Part shown: positions 51,750-64,000 of the stretch, piece after piece
Numbering within the stretch: the first letter of the stretch is position 1
How the letters are laid out: each line of letters starts with the position of its first letter
Assembly (NCBI GenBank): GCA_013265495.1
Contig: MU058384.1
Location: 1,799,690 to 1,863,689 of the forward strand
Direction: 5' to 3'
Origin: Vicugna vicugna
Lineage: Eukaryota
DNA length: 64,000 bases
Made by a program: the position numbers and the translations under genes
Notes under the pieces: model-generated
Told to the model about the DNA's origin: nothing
What the model saw: only the letters and a program-made list of their open reading frames with translations
Database searches by the model: none

Positions 51750-54700
51750 AGACCCACCTACTTAAATATGTAAAAATGAAAAAAATAGAATGAGAGGTGA
51801 GACTTCTCCCTTTAAAATGTCCACCATAATTTTGGGCCACCAAAAATTTGCATTTATAAACATATGGATACAAATACCTTGAGATTAACAAGAAGAGACG
51901 AATGAGGACCACTGGTGAGACTTGGCTGATACACTAAGTGGACTTGCCTTTTCTTTCACTTGCTTCATCAGAGGCTAGATTCCCGTCATTTTTGGGTTTT
52001 GCTGGTTTCTGCAGGGGAGTCTTCTAGTTTCTTGATTAGCAACTTTAGCCTTTTCTCTTTTGTCTGCATTTATTTTTGTCTGAAGATTTGTCCTGTCCTG
52101 GGCCTTCTGTGGCTTTGTTTCAACATGCACGAGCAGGCTTGGCTGACAGCCCTGCTGTCACCTCTTGAACTCTTCTGTTCCTGCCCCTTCTGTTGAATTG
52201 ACCTTGTATTGTGCCTTACAGAGATGTTTGCCTTTTCCACTTACATGTAATGACATTTGCACACGATGCATTCTTTCCTGTTCTTTGCATCATTTAAAAA
52301 CTGATACAAATGAATTTTGGATACTTCCTGTGCTGTTTGTCTGATCTGTAATCACACTTTATGGAGTCTTTCTACTGACAGTCCCACTTTGTGTCAGAAA
52401 CTGCCTCCTAACTCATATATTTAGCATTAGCTAATTTCTGTACTCTTTATAGACACAGTAAATGAGCCAAGGACGCCGAATAAATAACAAGGCTCAGCAG
52501 TAATAAATTCTAGTCCCTTCATCTCTTTTCAAATACTTTATGTAATTTTTTTTAATTTTTTGTTCATCGTTGAACAAAATGGATATCGATACTTTTTAAT
52601 AGATTAAATGCATTTCAGTTGACTAGAAGATTTATTATAATTTTTAATGTCACAACTTTGGCCAGTGGTAGTGTCACTGGTAGCTTTTTAGGTAGGTTCC
52701 TGTGTCTTTTTGGTGTGATTTTATTCATCTTTGAAAGCTTTCTTGCTTTTTGGCACATGATCCAAGCTCTATTTCCAGGCCAAGCATAGACTGAGATGTT
52801 TCTTGAAGGAGCCTTAGTTTCCTTTAGTGAAAAATACAGAGAGCAAGAATGGATACCATTGTTCCTAGGTTATTTCAGTATCAAAGCTGCAAAAGTTTTC
52901 TTTTAAAGTTTACACTGGCATTTCTAATTCTATTCTAAGATTACATTGTTCCTACTTAATTTGAGGAATTGCAGCACTTTTTCTCTTACACAAGCAAGAA
53001 TAATTCCTTGTTTCCCTTATTCAACTAGGAGTTCCAAGATACCCACCCCAATAACAATACAGATAATAATGTACCAAATAAAGCTCAATAATCTCTGTGT
53101 AGCTGCTTTTCTTTTGAAAAGGGATCCCAGAAATTATGTGCATCCAGCTACTCAGTCCTAGGTTCCTTCTTCATCCTTCATTCTCTGGCTCTGTAGGTGC
53201 TTGTTACAGATGGGTTCTTTCACTCTTTTCAGTTGGTTTTGAGCCTGAGGTTTTGGCATCCTCATCGCTTCCAGTTCTGCATTCTCCGAAGTGGAGGCTT
53301 TGGGTCACTACCCCTTTCTTGGTTCTAATATTCAGTTTTGGAAGAGTCCAAGAGCTAGTCCAGTCCCCTCTGAGAGGATGGAAAGAATTTTCCTGTGTGG
53401 TCCATTATGACTTACTGCACAATTAAAAGTAAAATTTCATTTATCCAAGTGGATGCAGAGCAAATGGATTCTTCCACTCCTCTTTAATTTCTAGTAATTA
53501 AATGAAATTAAATTTCAGCTCTCCTAAATTTTGCCCTCATCTTAAAACTCTTTAAATATATCCTGCTCCCTTTCCTAAGCCAAAAGCATGTCCTTATATA
53601 TATCATCAAACATTTTCTCATTCCCTTAGCAACCTGATGTATCATGGAATATTTTATTTGCATATTGTGACCCCCAGTGATTCTCCCAGTTAGTACCACT
53701 TTCATCCAGCACCAGGCCAGTTCAAAGTATTTAATTTTCTGCAGGAAGATCAAAGACTTCGTGTGCGAGTTACATTACATGTAAACTCAGAGCTTTGAGG
53801 TTTAGACTGCAAGTCTCTCCTTTGACTCATGATCTAAAAATTCATATATTTTGAATATATCATTCATCAAAAACACAAATGTCTTTAATTTACTCATAGA
53901 TAACACCAGTGTCAGGAGTCTTTGATAAATAAAAATATCCATTACTCAAAATTTTATGAATTCAATCTTCCAGAAACTACTTTAAAATATCAGAAAATAA
54001 GCAGAAAGTATCCAAATGAGATAGTTCAATAGAAATATTGTGTACATTTACATAAGGTAATTGCATATTTTCACTTCAGTTTTTAAGTCGCTTATCCTTA
54101 TAGAGAAAAAACACAAAATCACATTTAATTTCTCGTTTCATTATATAATATAGTTGTAGTTTTCCTTTGAAATGTAACAGGTGTTTAATTTTAAAAATTA
54201 TTCAATTTTTTCAATAAATATTATTTTAAAAACCAACAGATCAATTTTTGTTGTTGCTGTTTTTCAACCCCTGTCTTTCTAGCGCTGGAACTTTTGCTAT
54301 TTACGACAGATTTAAAACTGTCACTTTTTTCCCCTCTCAGACTCAGGTGCAAGCTTCCTATCTTTTCCTTGGCCTTATTTTTTTCTTACTAGCAAAAGTT
54401 AAATTTCTCTTTTTGAGCTTAAATCTCTGATGTTAAAAAAAAGTATTTGTTTAAAGCAGCTTAATTCATGTAATATTTAACTATATATGTATACATTTAT
54501 ATTGTCATCCTATTTTTAGCTTAATATACAAAAGCTATTCAAGCAAAATATTTGAATACAAATTCTTCATATATGAGTCCAACCAATAAATCTTCATAGT
54601 TTCAATCAAGTATATGTTTTTTTTAATTGTTTGCTTGTTGTTGCCTCCCCACAAAAAGATACTCATTCTTTAGATTCTAAGATCTCTGAACTTTACATTT

Positions 54701-57700
54701 TGAATTTTAGAAGTGTGTAATATGTCAGTTGCCTGCCAAGTGTTGGTGTTTTTTTTTTTTTTGGTCTTGCTTTTCTGTTTCTTGTTTCTCTATTTTGTTA
54801 ATGCACACAGAGTTGTTATGATTTTACATATTTAAATATGTCCTCTGGGGAGAATTAGCTCATTTTTATATACATCCTGTGACTCTGAAAGTGAGGTTCA
54901 GGCAGTGGAAGTGAACAGACTTTCCTGGTGAAGCCCCTTGTCCCATTTCGCGTGGGACACTGCAGGGCTGCACTTCTTTGGGTGTGGACCCAAACCCATT
55001 GCTGCTAGGCTGTGCTCTTCTAAACCATGGGGATGTAGGGATCACAGCTCACGGACTTCATCTTATTTCCAGACAACCTACAGAAGACTTCTTGTCACCC
55101 AGAGAGGAGGAATATATGGTAGCTCATGGGGACCTCATAAGGTAGAGGTTTACTCAGGCACTCATGTCCCCAACAGCTGGGGCCTCATTACTCTTTGATA
55201 ACAGTTCCATCTTCCCACAAAAAAAGTCTTTGAATATGTCATCTTTTGCACTTGGTGGCGCTGTACAGGTACCTGTGAGGGTTCCCCAGCGCTTTTCTTT
55301 TCCTTCATGGATTTAATGATTTTGAAATCTCTCTTAGGTATCTATTAAAAAGGCAATTAGGAATTTGTCTTTCCTACAGATACTGTGATTCCATCTGGTT
55401 ATAGTTCCTGGTTGTGTCTAGGACCGTCACGTTGCACAAAGCCAGGGAGCCCCACATTTATTTTGTTTGAATGGCGACCCCTGCAGTTAGGCAACAAGGC
55501 AGCTCTGTCAGTATTCAGCTACAAAGTGGGATTACAACTGATTAACAGGATTAACTGATTACCAAGGTTAATTTGGTGCAGTTCTGAACTGATATAGAAC
55601 GGGGTCCAAAATGGTTTAAAGATTAGTTGAAGAGGTAAGGTACTTCCTTTCCAGTTCCTGAACGTGAATCAAGGTAAGTTAATCTAGTCTAGGGACAACC
55701 AGTCACGTAAGAGATATTTAGAGCAGGAAAGGGCTCTTAAAGACTAGACAGGCAGATTGACAAATTCAGTTAATGGTCTGTTTCCAAAACAACAAAGCCT
55801 AGGCATCTGTGCATCACAGAAGGGAGTTAAGGAGGAGACATCATAAAGAGGATTGAAAAATAAGGGATCAAAGTCTAACTGTTGCTCACTCACACCTCTC
55901 TTGCTGACTACTTCTGCCTTCTCAGTGTCTGTGTTATTGCAGATCCTATTGAAACCACATCAAATTATTATAGAGAAAAAGGCCACACACTTAGAATTAA
56001 AGGCTAGGTCCATACTTGTTGATAAGAACTGCATTGCAAGAAGGAAGAAGAGTACTCACCAGATTGTAACTAGGTGACCAGCACGCCCCTGTTTTAACAC
56101 ATCCAAATGACAGGCTTTTCTTTAAACATAATTTCAACCTTACACCACTTCTGAGAACTGCTTTGTGATCAGCACGGAGTGTGGTGCCTCATGCCCCTCA
56201 AATAAGATAAAGAAGAACTCATGACACTTAGGGAGGCAAATCAAGAGAACTGATAGTGTTAGTTACCAAACCTCAAAAAGGCTACTTGAAAGAGATCCTT
56301 CTGGCAAACCTTTGAAAGGAGGCACAATGCTCGTGTGGTAAAACATCGTGGAGTTATCATTTTTGGAGACTTGATTCCTTTATTTAACTACCGGCAAGCA
56401 ATGCTATCTTATTAGGAATAGTCGGCTTCTTTCATCAAATGTCAGCTACCTGAGGATGGGTCAGGGTGACTCTGGACAGAACCTCTGAGTCCAAGGGAGG
56501 TGGGAAGGTGACCTGAGGGTCCCTTCCCTCACCAAGATTCTGCAGATGCTATGGTAGCTATCAAACTTCAGGACAAGGAGGAATGAGAAAGTGTAACAGA
56601 GGAAAGTCCTACTGCAAAACCATGAGTGGCTTGGAAACCTCAAAGTTGGGACCATCAGCAACTGACATTTCAGTAAATCTGCATCATTACCTTCTTGTCA
56701 TTAATTTTGGTATCTTGTGACCAGAGTTCTTTCAAATGAGATATATTTCCCATCTGTGGGAAACATGAGCCAAAGGAAGTGGGACACCACAAAGTGGCTG
56801 TGACCTTGGAGTTCGGGAATTCTACCCCCAGGGTTATGTTAGAGTATTCAAATGCCAGCGGGGTTTCCCTGCCATCTGTAGCAACAAGCAGATCACTACC
56901 CAAAATAGTATCCTAGAACTCTGCTGGGTAAACTGCTGGTGACACATGTTTGGACAGGACCTAGGGGAGAAACATTTCTATGCTTCAACCATATGGCCTT
57001 CCAGCTCCTTGCCAACCAGCAGGTTAAAACAGTGAAGCCTGTTGCGGGGGTGTCACTGCAGCAGGACTTGGTAACTATTAAAACTCATTTCTGTCCTCAG
57101 TAGACAAATTCTGTGTGAACAAGGAAATATACAGTCCCCTGCTCCTGGATCATGACTACATTCAGCAATGCAGTAGGGAGGGTCTTTTGAGCGATGAAGG
57201 ATCCAATATTACTGCAATCCAACAGACTTTATTCTGACTTTCATTGAAGAAAATAATGACATGAGCTAAATCTCCCTTGTAGAATGCATGCCGCAAAATC
57301 TTTTTCAGATCAGAGAATCAGTGTAAAGGAGCTTACCATAAAATTTATCTGCATTATTTATAAGAAGAAATTCATGATTAAATTGTTCCCATGAAAAAAT
57401 ATTTAACTATAATTAAATAAGGCCACTTAAGAAGTGGAGCTCTCCTTTCCAAGCATAGCACCCAATATTTATGCAAATTTCAAATGATTTATTTTATACA
57501 TGAAAACTAGTTCACATTGCCATTTACTAGAGACAATCCTTGTTTAACTAATTCTCACTTAAAAGTAATAAAACTAAATTATTTTCATAGGATGGGAATC
57601 ATACTTTTCACTTCTGGAGACCTACTATGCACGGCTAGTACAAATTAAAGAGGTATCACCACAGGAATCAAATATTGTAACTTGCTGCATGGCTTTGTAT

Positions 57701-58029
57701 TTAGAATTGATATTCTAATTGAAAATAATCTCTGCTTGGCCATAGGCCCACACTTCCCCTATTCTAGAAACGCAAAGGTGATGTCTGCTGAGTAAGAACA
57801 GAGTGTACAAAGACTTGTTCCTTTCTCTGAGCCAAATCTAACCCAAATCAAATGTATATATACCATGACCAAGAGATAATACAATAGATTACACACTTAA
57901 ACTTGGTTCTAAACAGCAACAGTCTCAAAATGCTATTAGTGTAGAAAATATTAATTCCCATTTCATAAGCTTGACTTAAACACATCATTATTGGAATTAG
58001 GTAACATAGATTATTGTTCATCATATAGA

Positions 58030-58190
58030 TCACATTTACTGTGTTAGTCTCACAACGACTATATAAAATAGGTAGTCCCATTTTACAGAGTAGGAAATTG
58101 AAGCTGAAGACATTAAAATACAGCCTAAGTAAAGGATAGAACTGGAATTCAAATAGAGGCTGCCTGATTTTCAGGCCTGTAGCCTTAATT
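58030..58190 (-). mobile_element. MIR SINE
   Basis: tagtctcacaacgactat...cccattttacagagtaggaaattgaagct...gaactggaattcaaa. Confidence 0.7.
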
Positions 58191-58339
58191 ATTATATGAT
58201 TTCTGCTTCCCTTAAGCCCATGGTAGAAAAGTATAGAAGTCATAAACTCTTTTATTTGAAAGAGATCTTAGGTAAGTCATTTAATCCAATCTTCCCCGTC
58301 CCTCCCACATGCAGAAATTTCTTCTTTGGTGTCTTTAAA

Positions 58340-59530
58340 AGAAAGAACAACCAGGCTCTACTGGTTATGTCTACCAACACAATAAATGAAAAAAGACACA
58401 CATTAAATTTTATTATTGTGGAACTTCAGAATATCAGAGATAAAGAAAAGATTCTAAAAGGTTCCAGGGAGGAAACAGAAATAGACTGTACAAAGGACCA
58501 GCAATAAAATTTTAAGAAAAAGAAATTGAAAATGAAAAGACAGAGAATAATGCCTTAAAATGTCTGATAGAGATATTAAAAAGTTTTATCAAAAATATCT
58601 TTTTTACATTTTGTAAAAAGGTTTACATCTAGCCAACTATCAATCAAGCATAAGGGAAGCAAAAAGGCATCTGAGACATACAGAGCCTCCCATAAAAAAG
58701 CTTTCTCAGGGAGCAAATGGACAATACGTTTCACTAAATGAGGAAGTAAACCAAGAAAGGGGAAGAATGGAAATCAGGAAACGGGGGCCAAGTAAAGGGA
58801 ACTTCCAAGATGGACAGCAGGGGACGGACGAGGACCACAGCTGAGCAGCAGGCCAAGAAACTCTCCAGACCAGCCCAGGGTAGGGAGTCAAGGCTCTGAA
58901 TGTGTTTGTGTGTGGAAGTGGTATCTCCAAGAAAATAGCAGAATGTTTAAATCACCTGACAGATTTGATCTTGGAGGAAAGTGCATAGAGAGGCATTGTA
59001 CAGAGCTCTTGTATAGATCAGGAAGGCAGAGTGTTCTCAAAACTAAACAAATAAAAAGAAAACATAATCATCAACTCCAGGAAAAATGGAAAGTTATAAA
59101 AGAAAGGAACAATGGAACCACAGTGTTCTACCTGATTTAGCAGTGAACTTTATTTCAATAATGAAAACACAGACTATGAATTAAAAATTGAGGTGTAATT
59201 TTCCTGAGAAATGAGGACAGGAAAAGGGGTATAAATAATTTAAATCTTCATTTAGCATTTTGGGAAGACAATAGATAATGTCAAAAATTAATGAGTTGAC
59301 AGACAGCAATATAAGCATCTTATTTACAAATGAGAAAGTAAATCAGAGAAGCAATATCTGTAATATTTAATATTATCACCTGGGGAGCTCTGGGGAGCAT
59401 GACAAGGCTGGAGGAAAGTATAGTGGGGAGATCAAAGAAACACTGTTTCTTGTGATAAGCCTTTTAACATCGTTTCACTTTTTAACTATTTTCTTGTAAT
59501 AGTTACACTAAAATGTTATTTAAAAAATAA
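58340..59530 (+). mobile_element. Ancient L1-related (HAL1/L1ME-like) remnant
   Basis: ORF1-like NEKRHTLNFIIVELQNIRDKEKILKGSRE (58196-58507 ORF) followed by degraded purine-rich L1-like sequence. Confidence 0.55.
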
Positions 59531-59704
59531 ATGTATTCCTTATAGTAGCTCAAAAGTTGATTTTATAATAAAGAAGTGAGCTCTATTAATTTGTCTTTTT
59601 AGTTACCTTCTCCAGTTCTCCGAGCCTCTGGCAGATTACAGGTGGATTCTTGGGAGCCACTAGTTAGAGTGTTTGTATTCATTATAATTCTAATTAAATA
59701 TGTC

Positions 59705-62076
59705 CAGGCATACCTCATTTCACTGAGATTTAGTGTGCTTCACAGATACTGTTTTGTTTTGTTTTTTAACAAATTGAAGGTTTGTGGCTACCCTGCACCT
59801 AGCAAGTCTATTGGTACCATTTTTTCTAATAGTATTTACTCACTTCATGTCTCTGTGTCATGTATTGGTAATTCTCAAACTATTTCAAACTTTTTCATTA
59901 TTATTATATTTCTTATGGTGATCTGTGATTAGTGATCTTTGGTGTCATTATTATAATTTTTTGGAACACCACAAACCACACCCATATAAGGCAGGGAACT
60001 TAATAGATAAATGTTGTGTGTGTTCTGACTGCTCCACTGACCAGCTGGTCCCCTGTCTCTCTCCCTCTCCTCAGGCCTCCCTATTCCCTGAGACATGACA
60101 GTGTTAAAATTAGGACAGTTAACAACCCTACAATGGTCTCTAAGTGTCCAAGGGAAAGGAAGAGTCATACATTTCTCATTTTAAATCAAAAGCTAGAAAT
60201 GACTAAACTTAGTGAGGAAGGCATGTTGAAAGCCAAGATGGGCCAAAAGTTAGGCCTTGTGCACGAATTAGCCAAGTTGGGGATGTAAAAGTTCTTGAAG
60301 GTAATTAAAAGTGGTACTCCAGTGAACACATGCCTGATAAGAAGGCAAAACAGCCTTATTGCTGATATGGAGAAAATTTTAGTGGTCCTGAAAGATCAAA
60401 CCAGCCACAACATTCCCTTAAGCCAAAATCTAATCCTGAGAAAGGCCCCAACTCTCTTCAGTTTTATGAAGGCTGAGAGAGCTGCAGAAGAAACGTTTGA
60501 ATCTAGCAGAGGTTGTTTCATGAGGTTTAAGGAAAGACACTTTCTCCATCATATAAGAGTGCAGGATGAGGCAGCAAGTGTTGATGTAGATGTTACAGCA
60601 AGTTAAGATAAGATCTAAGATAATTAATAAAGGTGGCTACACCAAACAACAGATTTTCGGTGTGAACAAAACAGCCTTACATGGGAAGGAGATGTCATCT
60701 AGGGACTTTTCATAGCTAGAGAAAAAGAGTCAATGCCTGGTTTCAAAGCTTCCAAGGACAGCATGATTCTCTTGTTAGGAGCTAATGCAGCTGGAGATTT
60801 TAAGTTAAAGCCAATGCTCATTTACCATTCCAAAAATCCTAGAGCCCTTAATAATGATGCTAAATCTACTCTGCTTATGTTCTGTCAGTGGAACAACAAA
60901 CCCTGGATGACAGCACATCTGTTTACAACACAGTTTACTGAATAATTTAAGCCCACTGTTGAGACCTACTGCCCAGAAAAAAAGATTTCTTTTCAAACAT
61001 TACTGCTCACTGACAATGTAGTTGGTCACCCAAGAGCTCTGATGGAGATGTTCTATGAGATTAGTGTTGTTTTTCATGCCTGCTAACACAATATCCATTC
61101 TGCAGTCCATAGATCAAGGAGTAATATCACATTTTAAGTCTTATTATTTAAGAAATACATCTTGTAAGGCTATAGCTGCCATAGATAGGGATTCCTCTGA
61201 TGCATCTGAGCAAAGTAAACTGAAAACTTTACGGAAAGGATTCACCATTCTAGGTGCCTTTAAGAACATTCATGATTCACAGGAAGAGGTGAAAATATCA
61301 ACATTCATGGGAGTTTGGAAGAAGCTGATGCCAGCCCTCATGGATGACCTCGAGGGTCACAAGACCTGAGAGGAGGAAGTAACTGCAGATGTGAAACAGA
61401 ATCAGAGGTGGAGCCTGAAGATATGACTGAATTGCTGCAATTTCATGATTAAACCCTTAACAGATAAGGAGTTCCTTCTTAAGGATGAGCAAAGAAAGTA
61501 GTTTTTTGAGATGGAATCTACTCCTGGTGAAGATGCTGTGAAGATTGCTGAAATGACAACAAAGGACTTAGAAGATTACATAAACTTAGTTCATAAAGCA
61601 CCAGCATGGTTGGACAGACTCTAATTTTGAGAGAAGTTCTGTTGTGGGTAAAATGGTATCAAACAGGATTTCATGCTGCAGAGAAGTCACTTGTGAAAGG
61701 AGGAGTCAATTGATGTGGCAAACTTCATTGTTGTCTTATTTTAAAGAAATTGCCACAGCCACCCCAGCCTTGAGTAACCACCACCCTGATCAGTCAGCAG
61801 CTAACATCAAGGCAAGACCCTCCCTCAGCAAAATTATTACAACTCAATGAAGGCTCAGATGACAGCTAGCATTTTTTAGCAAAACAGTATTTTTTAACTG
61901 AAATATGTACCTTTTAGACATAATGTTATTGCACACTTAACAGACTACAGTACTATGTAAACATAACTTTTATATGCACTGGGAAACCAACCAGTTCATG
62001 TGACTTGATTTATTGCAATGTTTGCATTACTGTGGTGGTCTGGAACTGAACTCGCAATATCCCTGAGGTCTGCCTG
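59705..62076 (+). mobile_element. Tigger1 DNA transposon (TcMar-Tigger/pogo), near full length, transposase disrupted
   Basis: TIRs caggcatacctc (59705) and gaggtctgcctg (ending 62076), about 2.37 kb. Transposase fragments [96 protein letters not shown]. Confidence 0.95.
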
Positions 62077-62980
62077 TGTAAGCCTATCCTGGACCATCTG
62101 AGTAGGTGTCATGCTGTGTTACCACATATACCTGTCGTTTGGGAGCCTTCACTATCATGTGTATATCTAGTCAACTTAGCTCCAAGCAGCAGGAAATGAG
62201 AAAAAGTAGTAAATGATATATTAATATTAAAGAAAGTCCAATTAAATTCATGGCGGGCCATATGAATGAAACTTATGTAATAATTTGAACAGACCAAGTG
62301 TTAAAGAAATTGAGCCATTTCACAAAACACACTGCAGAAGAGTGCCAGGAACTCAAAAGGACTGGTAGCCAGTACATATTCATTTTGCAAGTAGCAGTAT
62401 GGGTTCAGCAAAATATTGTCTGTCACACAAAAGTAATGTTATTAATTTGAATTGTGTTTATTGATTTTGTAGGAATTTTTAAAATAATGTTTTAAATTGT
62501 ATCATATAATAACTAAGCATCAGAAGTTTATACCTATTTTTATATTAGTACGTATTGGTACAATAACTTGTTTCAATCATGGAGAGTTATTTTTCTTCCT
62601 TTAAATTAATTACAACATTAACGGCCCTTAAGAGAATCTGTACCTTAATTAAATTTAAGAAGCACTGACTTATTGTTCGTATTTACTGAGAGTTCTCTAT
62701 GGGTTGGTTTGCTACGATCCAATGTGGAAGATCACTCACTGTGACCCTCACCAAGTACTTAGTGTAACTTAGAAGGAAGTACTTTTTTCTCTCACCCATT
62801 TTAATTCACCAACTTTATTATCAAATGATGCAGTAAACAGCTTCATTGTCTTCACCTCTGGAATTTCTTTATCCTGACCTCCATTTATTGAATCTTATTG
62901 GATATTCATCTATATATATGTATAACTTAATGCCTCCCCTGAACTTGGAGAAAGGGGTGGGAAAAGGCTTGGGAGCAGGA

Positions 62981-63458
62981 TATTTTAGTTTCCTTTTGCT
63001 ACTGTAACAATTTACCTCAAATCTAGTGGCTTAAAAACAACACAGATTTATTATTTTACAGTTTTGGAAGTCAGAAATCCAAAATGAGTTTCACTGGGCT
63101 GAAATCGGGTGTCAGCAAAATTGCATTCCTTCCAGAGGATCTCAAGAAGAATCTCTTTCCTTGCTTTTCCCAGCTTCTGGAGACTTCCCCCATTCCTTGG
63201 CTTATGGCCCTCCATCACTCTGATCTCTGCTTGGATCGTCAAATCTTTTCTGACTCTGACCCTCCTGCTTCCCTCTTTCAATTATAAGACCCTTTATAAT
63301 TACAGGGCCCACCCAGTAATTCTGGATAATCTCCCTCTCTCAAGATCCTTCACTTGATCGCAATTGCAAAGTCTCTTTCACCCTGCAAGTGACATAGCCA
63401 CAGGTTCCTGGGATTAGGATGTGGAAGTCTTTCTGGTGGCATGATTCTGCCTATCACA
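62981..63458 (-). mobile_element. ERVL-MaLR solo LTR (MLT1C/D-like)
   Basis: gctactgtaacaatttacctcaaatctagtggcttaaaaacaacac...ttacagttttggaagtcagaaatccaaaat...gggcccaccca...ggataatctcc...cacaggttcctgggattaggatgtgga...ttctgcctatcaca. Confidence 0.9.
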
Positions 63459-64000
63459 AGGGGTGTCACTATGCCAGGCCAGTCCCAAGGAGGAATCCAC
63501 TTTGGGACAGTGTGGGACACATCTTCAGAAACAGAAGGAAAAGGGAATGAATGCAGGTTAAGAGAAAGAGGCATTTTCTGGTGAATGAAGAGGAGGTGCT
63601 TTTCCTGAGGAGGATCAAGGAACAGGTTGAGGGCTTCAGGTGGGGAAGACTTGGAAAAGCTGCTGTGGAAGGTGGGAAGCCCTGCAGCTAAAGAAGAAAA
63701 AGCGACTGCTTCCCCCAGCGCTCATCTGAGACGTGAAGGCAGTAACCTGAGTAAGCCCTGGGGTCTGAGGTCACGCCAGTCAGCATGTACACAAAGATGG
63801 CATTAAACCCAGTGCCCAAGGAGCCGTCCAAATCTGTAAGTTTTACAAACCAACCAACCAATGACTTCGGAATTAAAGTGCTTCTGCCCACTCCTTTTGT
63901 TATGCCATTGTTTTCCTTTCTCCATGATTCCTATGAGAAACTTGACACTAATCAAGCTAGCATAAGAAGGGGAAGAAAAAAGATGAATCATAGACCACAC

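Noticed and set aside
60016..61369. Domesticated TIGD1-like gene
   Set aside because: The transposase is split over several frames with stops and sits within intact TIRs; an ordinary dead Tigger1 copy.
1..64000. Prokaryotic-type systems (operons, CRISPR arrays, defence islands)
   Set aside because: The sequence is mammalian: LINE/SINE/LTR content, CpG depletion, no gene-dense ORFs and no repeat-spacer array. The ORF track uses GTG/TTG starts and is largely noise here.

Overview
Mammalian nuclear genomic DNA, AT-rich and repeat-rich, most likely from a camelid (Camelus/Vicugna/Lama). The evidence is a tRNA-Ala-derived vic-1-type SINE, lineage-specific L1 3' ends, and no Alu, BovB/Bov-A or PRE-1 that I could see. 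No intact protein-coding gene is supported; the supplied ORFs are short and mostly lie in repeats. The window opens with the end of the 3' UTR and the poly(A) signal of an unidentified + strand gene. It also holds L1 (old L1M-type and young lineage-specific, some nested, with TSDs), L2, CR1/L3, MIR, MaLR/ERV LTRs, a near full-length Tigger1 and a small CpG island at about 45.6-45.9 kb. The most interesting signal is a chain of exon-like relics on the minus strand in non-repeat sequence, running from just below the CpG island (about 44.8 kb) to at least 17 kb and perhaps to about 2.6 kb. They have AG/GT boundaries, protein-like translations with scattered stops and frameshifts, several phase-compatible junctions, and a Walker A-like and a Walker B-like motif. 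I interpret this as a decayed (unitary) pseudogene of a large P-loop NTPase-like protein that I cannot name. This is a manual reconstruction, several frames are ambiguous, and it needs homology confirmation.
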